From NCBI GenBank assembly GCA_964016885.1, contig OZ024744.1, forward strand, positions 51,460,001 through 51,524,000: a stretch of 64,000 nucleotides of DNA, in the 5' to 3' direction. Every line of letters begins with the position of its first letter. Position 1 is the first letter of the stretch. Made by a program: the position numbers and the translations under genes. Below the pieces are notes generated by a model, which was not told where the DNA came from, searched no databases, and saw only the letters and a list, made by a program, of their open reading frames with translations. Origin of the DNA: Eledone cirrhosa (taxonomy: Eukaryota). This document shows positions 12,251 to 26,894 of this stretch, piece after piece.

Positions 12251-12704
12251 ATATATGTATATATATATATATATATATTTGTGTATGTGTGTGTGCGTGT
12301 GTGTGGTTATGATTGTTGTGATTGTTGTGGTTGTTAATGCTGTTGTAGTTGTTTTTTTCTGAAGGCTTTTTTCTAGTACATTTTTGTAGACGTTACATTG
12401 AAATATGAATGTATGTGAATGTATGTGTATGTATTTGTGTATGCGTGTGTGTGTGTCTGTGTCTATATGCTTGTGTGTATGTGTGTGTACGTATGTGCAT
12501 GTGTATGTATGTGTATGTGTGTATATGAATGTGGATGTATGTGTGAGTGTATGCATGTGTGTGTGTTGTGTGTGTGTGCTACAGAGAATGGCGTTACATG
12601 AATGTATTGTGTGAAGCTAACTCGACAGAGAATCTCTCACGGCAATTTGTCTGAATATTTACTGTAGCCTCTAGTAAATAGACAACCTGAAGCGTCGTTC
12701 TTTC

Positions 12705-15700
12705 TCTCTCACTAACGCTTCTCTTACTAAAGCCTCACTCACACTAACACCTCTCTCACTAACGTCTCTCTCACTAACGTCTCTCTCACTAACGCCTCAC
12801 TCACACTAACACCTCTCTCACTAACGTCTCTCTCACTAACGTCTCACTCTCACTAACGCCTCACTCACACTAACACCTCTCTCACTAACGTCTCTCTCAC
12901 TAACGTCTCTCTCACTAACACCTCACTCACACTAACACCTCTCTCACTAACGTCTCTCTCACTAACGTCTCTCTCACTAACGCCTCACTCACACTAACGC
13001 CTCACTCACACTAACACCTCTCTCACTAACGTCTCTCTCACTAACGTCTCACTCTCACTAACGCCTCTCTCTCACTAACGGCTCTCTCACTAACATCTCT
13101 CTAACTAACGCTTCTCTCTCACTAACGTCTCTCTCTCACTAACGTCTCTCTCACTAACGCCTCTCTCACAAACGTCTCTCTCTCATAACGCCTCTCTCTC
13201 ACTAACGCTTCTCTCTCACTAACGTCTCTCTCACTAACGTCTCTCTGACTAACGCCTCTCTCACACTAACGTCTCCCACACTAACGCCCCCCTCACACTC
13301 ACGTCTCTCTCACTAACGTCTCTCTCACTAACGCCTCTCTCACAGTAACGTCTCTCTCACTAACGCTCTCTCACTAACGCTCTCTCACAGTAACGTCTCT
13401 CTCACACTAACGTCTCTCTCACACTAACGTCTCTCTCACTAACGCCTATCTCACACTAACGCCTATCTCACACTAACGTCTCTCTCACTAACGCCTCTCT
13501 CACACTAACGCCTCTCTCTCACTAACGTCTCTCTCACTAACGCCTCACTCACACTAACACCTCTCTCACTAACGTCTCTCTCACTAACGTCTCTCTCACT
13601 AACACCTCACTCACACTAACACCTCTCTCACTAACGTCTCTCTCACTAACGTCTCTCTCACTAACGCCTCACTCACACTAACGCCTCACTCACACTAACA
13701 CCTCTCTCACTAACGTCTCTCTCACTAACGTCTCACTCTCACTAACGCCTCTCTCTCACTAACGGCTCTCTCACTAACATCTCTCTAACTAACGCTTCTC
13801 TCTCACTAACGTCTCTCTCTCACTAACGTCTCTCTCACTAACGCCTCTCTCACAAACGTCTCTCTCTCATAACGCCTCTCTCTCACTAACACTTCTCTCT
13901 CACTAACGTCTCTCTCACTAACGTCTCTCTGACTAACGCCTCTCTCACACTAACGTCTCCCACACTAACGCCCCTCTCACACTCACCTCTCTCTCACTAA
14001 CGTCTCTCTCACTAACGCCTCTCTCACAGTAACGTCTCTCTCACTAACGCTCTCTCACTAACGCTCTCTCACAGTAACGTCTCTCTCACACTAACGTCTC
14101 TCTCACACTAACGTCTCTCTCACTAACGCCTATCTCACACTAACGCCTATCTCACACTAACGTCTCTCTCACTAACGCCTCTCTCACACTAACGCCTCTC
14201 TCTCACTAACGTCTCTCTCACTAACGCCTCTCTCACACTAACGCCTCTCTCACACTAACGTCTCTCTCACTAACGCCTCTCTCACACTAACGTCTCTCTC
14301 ACTAACGCCTCTATCACACTAACGCCTCTCTCACACTAACGTCTCTCTCACTAACGCCTCTCTCACACGAACGCCTCTCTCACAGTAACGTCTCTCTCAC
14401 TAACGCCTCTCTCACTAACGCCTCTCTTTCACTAACGTCTCTCTCACTAACGCCTCTCTCTCACTAACGTCTCTCTCACTAACGCCTCTCTCACACTAAC
14501 GCCTCTCTCTCACTAACGTCTCTCTCACTAACGTCTCTCTCACTAAGGCCTCTCTCACACTAACGCCTCTCTCACACTAACGTCTCTCACACTAACGTCT
14601 CTCTCACTAACGTCTCTCTCACTAACGCCTCTCTCACACTAACTTCTCTCTCACTAACATCTCTCTCACTAACGTCTCTCTCACTAACGCCTCTCTCACA
14701 CTAACGTCTCTCTCATTAACGCCTCTCTCTCACTAACGTCTCTCTCACACTAACGCCCTTTTCACACTAACGTCTCTCTCACTAACATCTCTCTAACTAA
14801 CGCCTCGCTCTCACTAACATCTCTCTCACTAACGTCTCTCTCTCACTAACATCTCTCACACTAACGCCTCTCTCTCACTAACGTCTCTCTCACTAACGCC
14901 TCTCTCACACTAACGCCTCTCTCACACTAACGTCTCTCTCACTAACGCCTCTCTCACACTAACGTCTCTCCCACTAACGCCTCTATCACACTAACGCCTC
15001 TCTCACACTAACGTCTCTCTCACTAACGCCTCTCTCACACGAACGCCTCTCTCACAGTAACGTCTCTCTCACTAACGCCTCTCTCACTAACGCCTCTCTT
15101 TCACTAACGTCTCTCTCACTAACGCCTCTCTCTCACTAACGTCTCTCTCACTAACGCCTCTCTCACACTAACGCCTCTCTCTCACTAACGTCTCTCTCAC
15201 TAACGTCTTTCTCACTAACGCCTTTCTCACACTAACGCCTCTCTCACACTAACGTCTCTCACACTAACGTCTCTCTCACTAACGTCTCTCTCACTAACGC
15301 CTCTCTCACACTAACGTCTCTCTCACTAACATCTCTCTCACTAACGTCTCTCTCACTAACGCCTCTCTCACACTAACGTCTCTCTCATTAATGCCTCTCT
15401 CTCACTAACGTCTCTCTCACACTAACGCCCTTTTCACACTAACGTCTCTCTCACTAACATCTCTCTAACTAACGCCTCGCTCTCACTAACATCTCTCTCA
15501 CTAACGTCTCTCTCTCACTAACGTCTCCCTCACTAACGACTCTCTCACACTAACATCTCTCTCACTAACGTCTCTCTCATACTAACGCCTCTCTCTCACT
15601 AACGTCTCTCTCACTAACACCTCTCTCACTAACGCCTCTCTCACACTAACGTCTCTCTCACTAACGCCTCTCTCACACTAACGTCTCTCTCTCACTAACG

Positions 15701-18700
15701 CCTCTCTCACTAACGCCTCTCTCTCACTAACGCCTCTCTCTCACTAACGTCTCTCTCACTAACATCTCTCTCACTAACGCCTCTCTCACACTAACGTCTC
15801 TCTCACTAACGCCTCTCTCACACTAACGCCTCTCTCACACTAACGCCCTTTTCACACTAACGTCTCTCTCACTAACATCTCTCTAACTAACGCCTCGCTC
15901 TCACTAACATCTCTCTCACTAACGTCTCTCTCTCACTAACATCTCTCTCACTAACGTCTCTCTCTCACTAACATCTCTCTCACTAACGCCTCTCTCACAC
16001 TAACATCTCTCTCACTAACGTCTCTCTCTCACTAACATCTCTCTCACTAACGCCTCCCTCTCACTAACATCTCTCTCACTAACGCCTCTCTCTCAATAAC
16101 ATCTCTCTCACTAACGCCTCTCTCTCACTAACATCTCTCTCACCAACGCCTCTCTCTCACTAACATCTCTCTCACTACCGTCTCTCTCTCACTAACGTCC
16201 TCTCTCACTAACGCCTCTCTCTCACTAACATCTCTCTCACTAACGCCTCTCTCACCCTAACGTCTCTCTCACTAACGCCTCTCTCACTAACGTCTCTCAC
16301 ACAAACGCCTCTCTCACCCTAACGTCCTCTCTCACTAACGCCTCTCTCATACTAACGTCCTCTCTCACTAACGTCTCTCTCACTAACGCCTCTCTCACTA
16401 ACGTCTCTCACACAAACGCCTCTCTCACCCTAACGTCCTCTCTCACTAACATCTCTCACACAAACGCCTCTCTCACCCTAACGTCCTCTCTCACTAACGC
16501 CTCTCTCATACTAACGTCCTCTCTCACTAACGTCTCTCTCACTAACGCCTCTCTCACTAACGTCTCTCACACAAACGCCTCTCTCACCCTAACGTCCTCT
16601 CTCACTAACGCCTCTCTCACCCTAACGTCCTCTCTCACTAACGCCTCTCTCACCCTAACGTCCTCTCTCACTAACGCCTCTCTCACACTAACGCCTCTCT
16701 CTCACTAACGTCTCTCTCTCACTAACGTCTCTCTCACTAACGCCTCTCTCTCACTAACGTCTCTCTCACTAACGCCTCTCTCACACTAACGCCTCTCTCT
16801 CACTAACGTCTCTCTCTCACTAACGCCTCTCTCTCACTAACGCCTCTCTCACACTAACGCCTCTCTCTCACTAACGTCTCTCTCACACTAACGTCTCTTT
16901 CACTAACGTCTCTCTCACTAACGCCTCTCTCACTAACGCCTCTCTCACTAACGCCTCTCTCTCACTAACGTCTCTCTCACACTAACGTCTCTTTCACTAA
17001 CGTCTCTTTCTCACTAACGCCTCTCTCACTAACGCCTCTCTCACTAACGCCTCTCTCACACTAACGTCTCTTTCACTAACGTCTCTCTCACTAACGCCTC
17101 TCTCACACTAACGTCTCTCACACTAACGCCTCTCTCACACTAACGTCTCTCACACTAACGTCTCTCACACTAACGTCTCTCACACTAACGTCTCTCACAT
17201 TAACGCCTCTCTCTCACTAACGTCTCTCTCACTAACGTCTCTCTCACTAACGTCTCTCTGACTAACGCCTCTCTCACACAAACGTCTCTCACACTAACGC
17301 CTCTCTCACACTAACGTCTCTCACACTAACGCCTCTTTCACACTAACGTCTCTCACACTAACGTCTCTCACACTAACGCCTCTCTCACACTAACGCCTCT
17401 CTCACACTAACGTCTCTCACACTAACGTCTCTCACACTAACGCCTCTCTCACACTAACGCCTCTCTCACACTAACGTCTCTCACACTAACGTCTCTTTCA
17501 CACTAACGTCTCTCACACTAACGTCTCTCTCACTAACGTCTCTCACACTAACGCCTCTCTCACACTAACGTCTCTCACACTAACGTCTCTCTGACTAACG
17601 CCTCTCTCAAACTAACGTCTCTCTCACTAACGTCTCTCTCACTAACGCCTCTCTCACACTAACGTCTCTCGCAAACTAACGTCTCTCACACTAACGTCTC
17701 TCTCACTAACGCCTCTCTTATTAACGCCTCTCTCTCACTAACGCCTCTCTCACTAACGCCTCTCTCTCACTAACGTCTCTCTCACTAACGTCTCTCACAC
17801 TAACGCCTCTCTCTCACTAACGTCTCTCTCACTAACGCCTCTCTCACTAACGTCACTCTCACTAACGCCTCTCTCACTAACGTCTCTCTCACTAACGCCT
17901 CTCTCACACTAACGTCTCTCTCAGTAACGTCTCTCTCACTAACGTCTCTCACACTAACGTCTCTCTCACTAACGTCTCTCTCACTAACGTCTCTCTCACT
18001 AACGTCACTCTCACTAACGCCTCTCTCACACTAACGTCTCTCTTACTAACGCCTCTCTCACTAACGCCTTTCTCACTAACGCCTCTCTCTCACTAACATC
18101 TCTCTCACTAACGCCTCTCTCACACAAACGTCTCTCACACTAACGCCTCTCTCACACTAACGTCTCTCACACTAACGCCTCTTTCACACTAACGTCTCTC
18201 ACACTAACGTCTCTCACACTAACGCCTCTCTCACACTAACGCCTCTCTCACACTAACGTCTCTCACACTAACGTCTCTCACACTAACGCCTCTCTCACAC
18301 TAACGCCTCTCTCACACTAACGTCTCTCACACTAACGTCTCTTTCACACTAACGTCTCTCACACTAACGTCTCTCTCACTAACGTCTCTCACACTAACGC
18401 CTCTCTCACACTAACGTCTCTCACACTAACGTCTCTCTGACTAACGCCTCTCTCAAACTAACGTCTCTCTCACTAACGTCTCTCTCACTAACGCCTCTCT
18501 CACACTAACGTCTCTCGCAAACTAACGTCTCTCACACTAACGTCTCTCTCACTAACGCCTCTCTTATTAACGCCTCTCTCTCACTAACGCCTCTCTCACT
18601 AACGCCTCTCTCTCACTAACGTCTCTCTCACTAACGTCTCTCACACTAACGCCTCTCTCTCACTAACGTCTCTCTCACTAACGCCTCTCTCACTAACGTC

Positions 18701-19145
18701 ACTCTCACTAACGCCTCTCTCACTAACGTCTCTCTCACTAACGCCTCTCTCACACTAACGTCTCTCTCAGTAACGTCTCTCTCACTAACGTCTCTCACAC
18801 TAACGTCTCTCTCACTAACGTCTCTCTCACTAACGTCTCTCTCACTAACGTCACTCTCACTAACGCCTCTCTCACACTAACGTCTCTCTTACTAACGCCT
18901 CTCTCACTAACGCCTTTCTCACTAACGCCTCTCTCTCACTAACATCTCTCTCACTAACGCCTCTCTCACACTAACGTCTCTCTCACTAACGCCTCTCTCA
19001 CACTAACGTCTCTCTCTCTAACGCCTCTCTCTCACTAACATCTCTCTCTCACGCCTCACGCTCACCACCGTCTTCCTCTCTTAGTCCCCCTCTCTCTCTC
19101 TCAATAAAGACTCTCTCTCACATAACATCTCTCTCATTAACGTCT
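12705..19145. repeat. Minisatellite with a 15-17-bp unit (c/t)ctctctca(ca)ctaacg and higher-order duplications
   Basis: About 6.4 kb uninterrupted. Rare variants recur at periods of 684, 672 and 846 bp. Confidence 0.97.
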
Positions 19146-19225
19146 CTTTCACTCATTAATATCTCTCTCTCTCCTCAACATATCTCTCCCACAACTGTCT
19201 CTCTCACGCCACTCACTCACTACCG

Positions 19226-19271
<46 letters not shown>

Positions 19272-19391
19272 TAACTTCATCTCTGCCTCTCTATCTCCTT
19301 TTCACTTTATCTTTCTGTCTCTTTTTCTTTATCTATCTCTAGTTCCTCAGATGATCTATGGGAGATAGGAAATTAAAGGTAATATACAACG

Positions 19392-19648
<257 letters not shown>

Positions 19649-19864
19649 TAAACCTACTTCTTTTACTTCTTTGTGGTGAATTGGTAGTTTTGTTGAAGTG
19701 CATGGACAATACCTTGTGGTATTTCTTCCAATTATTTATATTCTAATATCCCTCCAATGCCACTGGGGCCATGCTATATCAGTCTTTGCGTTGGACAACA
19801 TTGGTAGCATGAAGACGGAGCTACTGGCATGTATGAGAAATTTATCATCATTATAATAATTTTA

Positions 19865-20047
19865 GGATTGGCAGTATCGGTAGAGGGTCGGTCGCCATGC
19901 TTTAACGCATAGAGTTATAGCCCTTTCCATTCTGAGTTCAAATCCCACCAAATTTAACTTTACCTTTCATCCTTACGGGGTCGATAAAATAAAGTACCAG
20001 TAATGTACTGATTAATTGCTGGCCTTGTGCCAAAAGTAGAAACAATT
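19865..20047 (+). mobile_element. tRNA-derived SINE, family E (Meta/MESC-like central domain)
   Basis: ggattggcagtatcggtagag...gagttcaaatcc...cctttcatccttacggggtcgataaaataaagtaccag. Further copies at about 20556(+), 30759(-), 31551(+), 35966(-), 36800(-), 37083(-), 45412(-), 46747(+) and 56073(-). Confidence 0.8.
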
Positions 20048-20764
20048 ATAATAATTTTACGTCCGTATTTCTATACAAGCTTGGATTGGATAAATCTTTC
20101 CACACCACTTGTTCGTTATCTCCTCTGTGAGGTTCAGAGTTTTGAGACCAACTCTAAACATTTTTGCCTCAGTTTTATTCAGATTTTTCTCTGTAGCAGC
20201 TTCCTTCTAGAGGTATTTCTTGGCACTTTTCCACCCAGCGTCCATTATATATTCGCATGTGTGTGTATGGATAATAGCTCAGAAAGCGTCTAATGAAGAT
20301 GGCTGCGACTTGATGAAGTTCGTCTCCTCTTTGTCAAAGTATTGGTTAAGTTTATATATTTGACAGCCTTGTAATGTTATTTCTTAAATCTAGTTCTTAT
20401 TCTTGTTTGGTTCCTGACTTTGGGGTTCAATCCTCAGATGTGATTTTATGGTTTCCTAATTAGACATGTAGTCTTTTAGTGGAAGATTTTTTTTGGATTT
20501 AGTGTGTGAGAGTTCTAGGTGTGAGTGTTGTGGATTGTATGATGTTATTATTGAGGGTGGTGTATTGGCAGTATCGGTAGAGCGCCGGACAGTATGCTTT
20601 GTGGCATAGAGTTACGGACTTTTACGTTCTGAGTTTAAATGTCGTTGAGGTTAGTTTTACCTTTCATTCTTAAGAGGTCGATAAAATAAAGTACCAGAAA
20701 TGCACTGGAGTCGATTTAATCGAATTTCCTTTCCCATTATTGAGTGTTTTGTATTTTATGTATA

Positions 20765-21060
20765 TGTAGTGTGCGGGAGAGGAGACTGCGATGGTATGGA
20801 CATGTGATGCGCATGGAGGATGACCGCTGGGTAAAGAAGTGCCAAGAAATCCCAGTAGAAGGAAGACGCAGTAGAGGTAGACCACGAAAAACATGGGCAG
20901 AGGTAGTGAGAGCAGACCGCAGATCGTTGAAGCTCACCGAGGAGATGACGAAGGACCGTAACAAGTGGAGAGATGCTGTGTTGAATAGGACTCGTCCCAC
21001 CCTTGCAAGCAGGGAAAAGCGGACGTAAAATGATGATGATGATGATAGTGATGATGATGT
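20765..21060 (+). mobile_element. RTE LINE 3' end with a (GAT)n tail
   Basis: RRLRWYGHVMRM...GRRSRGRPRKTW...DRNKWR followed by tgatgatgat. Confidence 0.85.
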
Positions 21061-21498
21061 ATGTCTCAAGTTTAGGTCTGTTTTTCTTTAATATGTGAAG
21101 GCACGTGATTAATTGGTTAGGATGTTCGGCTATCGATCGTGAATTTGTGAGTTCGATTCTCGGGGGTGCATTGTGTCATTGAATAGCTCAATTTATTTCA
21201 TGTTGTTCCAATTCATCCATTAGGCAAAAGACAAAAGTGGGTTGTGCCTTTACAACAAAAGGCTAGCCTTGAAACACAACGCTCAATCTCCCTTAGAACT
21301 CGATTAAGGGTACAGAATTTTGCGGAGTTGTCAGCCATATGCACGTTTCTTCTTTTTCTTTTTTTGGATTAGACAAAAATCACGTGACATCCACCAGGCG
21401 CTGCAACCAGCTCACGGTAGTGGAATTAGGGTGCCTGACGTCCATACACTCTGGAGTGAGTGAGATCCGGCCACTCGTTCAGTATATGTTTTGCAGCC

Positions 21499-21590
21499 TG
21501 CTCTGATGAGTCACACTCACAAGGTGCTGGTAGACCCAGCTCCTAGTGGTGGATCGTTGCATGGAATGGGCCGAAACCTGTGTGTAGCCG
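21499..21590 (+). ncRNA. Possible hammerhead with a long stem II in a GC-richer context
   Basis: CTGATGA gtc...atgggcc GAAAC ctgtgt GTA; stems are imperfect. Confidence 0.4.
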
Positions 21591-21998
21591 ATTCAGGGAC
21601 ATCCACTCTCTCTAAGGCAGGTTAGCCCCAGGTGTTGGTATGGGGGGGGGGGGTCGAATTAGTTTTGACATTCAATTGTGTGGGTCGAAATATCTTTTGC
21701 CAGCTAGTCCTCCACGTCTAAAGCATGTGTGCGCTAATTCCACGAGCGGGCTGTTGCGTTGTTCGAACAACTGCCATATCCGTCGTCAGAAACGACGGAG
21801 GTCCAACGGGATGTCTGGTTATAATCCATTTATTTTGATGTGGGTTGTAGGGTAATGTAATGAAATACGGGATCCCGTCAACAGTGGAGCCTCTTTCCAC
21901 TTACATATTCCCACTTATGAATGAATATATAATTTTGAAATACATTCAGGGTGGGGGTTATGTATGTATGTATGTATGTATGTATGTATGTATGTATG

Positions 21999-22029
<31 letters not shown>

Positions 22030-22197
22030 GTATGTATCTATGTATGTATATATGTATATATGTATGTGTATATGTATGCATGTATGTATGTATGTTATGT
22101 TTGTATGTATATATATATATATATATGTATTGCTATGTTTATGTGTGTGTTTGTGCGAGATGGGAAAATTAATGTAGATAGTATGGCAGATATTTAT

Positions 22198-22273
<76 letters not shown>

Positions 22274-22519
22274 AATGTATGTATGTATGTATGTATGTAT
22301 GTATGTATGTATGTATGTATGTATGTATGTATGTATGTATGTATGTATGTATGTATGTATGTATGTATGAAAAGATATACACAGGCATTTCTGCAATATA
22401 GGTGTCTCATATACAATAAAACGCATAAGAGAAAGAGTGTGAAGAGATAAAAGAGATAGTGCTGTAGAGAAGTGTATATATGCTTGCGCCTGTGTGTGTC
22501 AATATATATATAAAATATA

Positions 22520-22562
<43 letters not shown>

Positions 22563-22715
22563 GGATGGATATATATATATACACATAAGTATTTGCCTGT
22601 CAGTCTCACTCTCTCTCTCTCTCTGTATATATATATATATACATATATATAATCATCACGTTTACACGTAAAAACATCACAGTGATGTCTGTTGCCATAT
22701 ATTTGCAGAAATATG

Positions 22716-22782
<67 letters not shown>

Positions 22783-22903
22783 CATCTAACTCTCTTTCTC
22801 TCACCCCTCTCACCTCCCTCTCTCTCTTTCAATCTTTCCGTCCCTACTAAATTATGTCAGATTTGTTTAAACCTAGTGATAAATAATGAAGGAGAACATA
22901 CTA

Positions 22904-22936
<33 letters not shown>

Positions 22937-23277
22937 AAGAAAGCAGAACAAAAAAAATGAAGATATTGACTGAATAAGAGAGGAAGAAAAAAAAGGAGGC
23001 AACATAACATAACAAATGATAAAAGAAAAAAAGTAATAATCTTTTTATATTATTCTTGGTTATTTTTTTGCGGAGAGGTGGTGCGAGGATTATGGTAGGT
23101 ATCTTAGTGATCTCCCCTTTTTTTTTCTTCATCAATAATTTTCTTTCATTTTCTCTATATATATATATATATACATATATATAATATTTGTAAGTATGTA
23201 TATATAATATGTATGCATGTGTATATATATGTATATATATATATATATATATGTATAATATATATATATATGTGTGG

Positions 23278-23391
<114 letters not shown>

Positions 23392-23530
23392 TTATATACA
23401 TATATATATATATATATCATCATCAGAAGCTTCAGAAAATATTAAGTTATCAGGAAGAATATTGCAATCTATAAGAAAAATGTCAGACCCAATATGATGT
23501 ATGGTCAGCAGCAACTATACATACATACAC

Positions 23531-23582
<52 letters not shown>

Positions 23583-23809
23583 AGACATACAAGCAAAACA
23601 TATATCTGTATATATCATCGTAACAATTCAATAAAAAACCTAGAAACTCGTAATTCTTTTTTCATGCTGTTCCTCTTTCTATCTCACCATTTCTTAATCA
23701 TTGCCTTGCTCGAGTACTACCACCATACAAGAGTGTGTGTATATATATATATATATGTGTGTGCGTGTGCGTGTGTATGTATCTATGTATATGTGTGTAT
23801 ATATGTATC

Positions 23810-23883
<74 letters not shown>

Positions 23884-23951
23884 CATATACAGAGATACAT
23901 AGATACATATATACACACATATCTATATATATACACATATATATATATATA

Positions 23952-24136
23952 TGAAAAGAGTCAGGATCCCGACGGCTGAGCTCCGGCCGTTTCAACAGCT
24001 ATTTCACAAATAGTTGTCGAAACGGCCGGAGCTCAGCCGTCGGGGTCCTGACTCTTTTCATATTACCCACTACCCTAAGTATCGAGTACTCTGGTGCATT
24101 ATGGTCCACCTGGTTCCTTACCAGACTTCCTATGTT
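23952..24136. mobile_element. Family B fold-back mini-element
   Basis: tttc aacagcta-tttcacaaa-tagttgtc GAA ACGGC(cggagctca)GCCGT C|ggggtc; (TA)n flanks. Confidence 0.75.
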
Positions 24137-24206
24137 ATATATATATATACACACATACACACACAGACACACACATATATATATGTATATATATATATAT
24201 ATGTAT

Positions 24207-24272
<66 letters not shown>

Positions 24273-24282
<10 letters not shown>

Positions 24283-24373
24283 CGTAAAATAAGAAAATTA
24301 TAAAATTAACTTACTTACTAAAATATTGTAAGTAAGTTAATTTTATAATTTTCTTATTTTACGTCTCTCATAT
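24273..24373. repeat. Perfect inverted repeat (46-bp arms, 9-nt loop) at the start of a TA-flanked element
   Basis: atatgagagacgtaaaa...cttac taaaatatt gtaag...acgtctctcatat. Confidence 0.85.
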
Positions 24374-24647
24374 TATTGTTCTGCAACCCCATGCATTGAA
24401 CCACAAAGTTACTAAGACAAAACCTATATATTTGCTAGCATTGATATGCATCTGTATGTATATATATGTTACTAGATATTAATTCTTTATATATATATAT
24501 ATACTAATCTTTTTCCATTTATCTGAGGGTTCTAAACCCCATTATCAGGCTAAAATTTCTTTAGTAAAAAATACGGTGAAAGCTATTCTATTTTTAATTT
24601 CAAACTTGCTCACTGTTTCAAAACATACTTACTTTATATATATATAC

Positions 24648-26778
24648 GTGGGGAGGATCATATTTTTGTAATAATATTGCCAGAAATAATAACAGAACAC
24701 ACTCACTGTTTGGTTGGTTTTTGCTTCTGTATATGACAGTACAGAGGACCTCCTCAGCAGAATCAATGAGTGCAACAAAAACAAAATCCTATCTAACTGC
24801 ATAATAGGCAGTATGGACGTGGTATCATTATACCCATCCATTAACATTGATTTTGCTGTGGAAAAATGTGTGGAAATGATCAGTGAGAGTGAGGTGGAGT
24901 TCTGCGACGTCGACACAGACGAACTGGGCCTTCTACTTAGAATTACCTATGACACTGACTACCTAGACAGCCATGACCTTAGCCGTTTCTGCCCCAGTAG
25001 ACCCATAAGAGGTAGACCCCCCCATAACCTCAATGGCAAAAAAGACTCCCATGGGAAGATGGATTGGGTGGACCAAAGCCATACGGACCCGCCCCCCTCA
25101 AACAATGATCAGGTAAGAAAAATGGTCGCGCATGCAATAGGGGCTAGTATCAAAACTACCCTAAAGGGCCACATATTCAACGAGAAGATCTACACCCGAA
25201 ATGAGGGAGCAGCCATTGGCGTCAGCATATCTGGTGACGTTGTCAACCTTTTTATGGTATGGTGGGAAAGGAGACTCAAAGATCTCCTTGATGAGAGCTC
25301 CATAGACCTCATCATGTACTCTCGTTAAGTAGACGACATTAATATAGTACTAAGGACACCCCCCACAAGAGAGTACTAACAAATATGATTTAGAACGTAG
25401 CACAATGGAAAGCATCCAGCAGATAGCTAATTCCATACACCAGAGTTTAACTGTAACTATCGACTACCCGTCCAAACACCCTAACAATAGACTACCTGTA
25501 TTAGACACGGAACTCTGGATTAAAACTATAGACGAGAGGGCCTAAATTCTCCACTCACACTACGCTAAACCCATGGCCTCCAAATACCTGATACTAAAAA
25601 GCTCAGCAATGTCCAGTAGTGCTAAGTTTAATATTCTGATCGCAGACTTGGTACGAGTGATGAAGAACGTGTCCCGCATGTGCAACCTAACTGAAATGGA
25701 AAGACACATCCAACACTTCATCAACCGCATGCAGTTCTCTGGCTACAACCAAAGAGACAGAATCAGAGTATACAAAAGATCCACGGAGTAGTATAAGACC
25801 CTCATAGAACTGGACATGAAAGGAATTTGTCCACTATACAGGAGCAAATCATAGAATATTTTAGATAAGACTAAACATAAGATTGGGAAAGTCACCTCAT
25901 GGTACGACAACCAGAGATACCAGAGTGTCATGTTCGTGGACGCTACCCCTGGAGGGAAATTAGCTCACCAATGTAGAAAGGCCCTGAGAAACACCCACTT
26001 AATTGTTGTAAAACTAGAAACATATTATATAGCATAATATGTACGGAAGGACAATGTAAAGATAAGAATATAGTGTACATAGGTGAGTCAGCTCGTAGTA
26101 TAGGAGAACGATTAAATGAACACTGTCGAGTGCTTCAAGATAGAAAAGACCCATCAGTACTCCACCAATATGCTAAAATAGAACATAAGGGCAAATTAGA
26201 GAACATAGAAATAAAAATAAAATCTACACACAGAAAAGACGCAATGTTTAGACAAATCAGAGAGGCAATAAACATAAATAAACTCCAACCAAAATTAAAT
26301 GGAAAACATGAATGGAATAGCAACATCACAACTTACAATTAAGGACAAAATGAAAACACACATAGAACAAACAACCAACCAGTAACATGTAAATGAACAA
26401 ATAAAAACAGACACAGACACCCGGATGTAACACATGCGCAAACTAAGCACACAACACACACAAAAACAAGATGGCGTAGGACAGAACAAAGGAGAGACAC
26501 AAAACAAAGAAAAGAATCCCCAGTCATTGAAGAGGTCACAGAATGTGTGACGAAAGAACTTTGACAATATATGAACAACCGTCCGGTTGTGGAACCAACT
26601 AACCAACCGGAAATTTATAAATTTTAAAATTTATAATTTAATTTATAATAAATTGGAGTGAAAGCAACTGGTGCGTGTGTTTCTTATTGGCAATATGACC
26701 CTCCCAAAGTATAACAATATCGGTTTCAACACACGTTTTCAGATAAAGAATCTTGTTAAACAAATTCAGAAATGAAAT
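24648..26778 (+). mobile_element. Penelope-like element copy 3 (RT + GIY-YIG pseudogene, chimeric)
   Basis: SMDVVSLYPSI...GAAIGVSIS...YSR*VDDI...HYAKPM...YIGESARSIGERLNEH. HHR at 26523-26565 (TTGAAGA core). Inverted 3' tag at 24650-24728. Confidence 0.9.
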
Positions 26779-26894
26779 ATATTTATATATATATATTTTA
26801 AATAGTTAAACAAGATTCAATGCGTATGTCAAAGAATGAGTTTTACAGTAGATTGGAAGCACTCTACGGTAAATAATTTTCCAGAGTTATTAAC

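Noticed and set aside
12705-19145. Telomeric array (CCCTAA-like)
   Set aside because: The unit is 15-17 bp with CACTAAC; CCCTAA occurs only sporadically and never in tandem.
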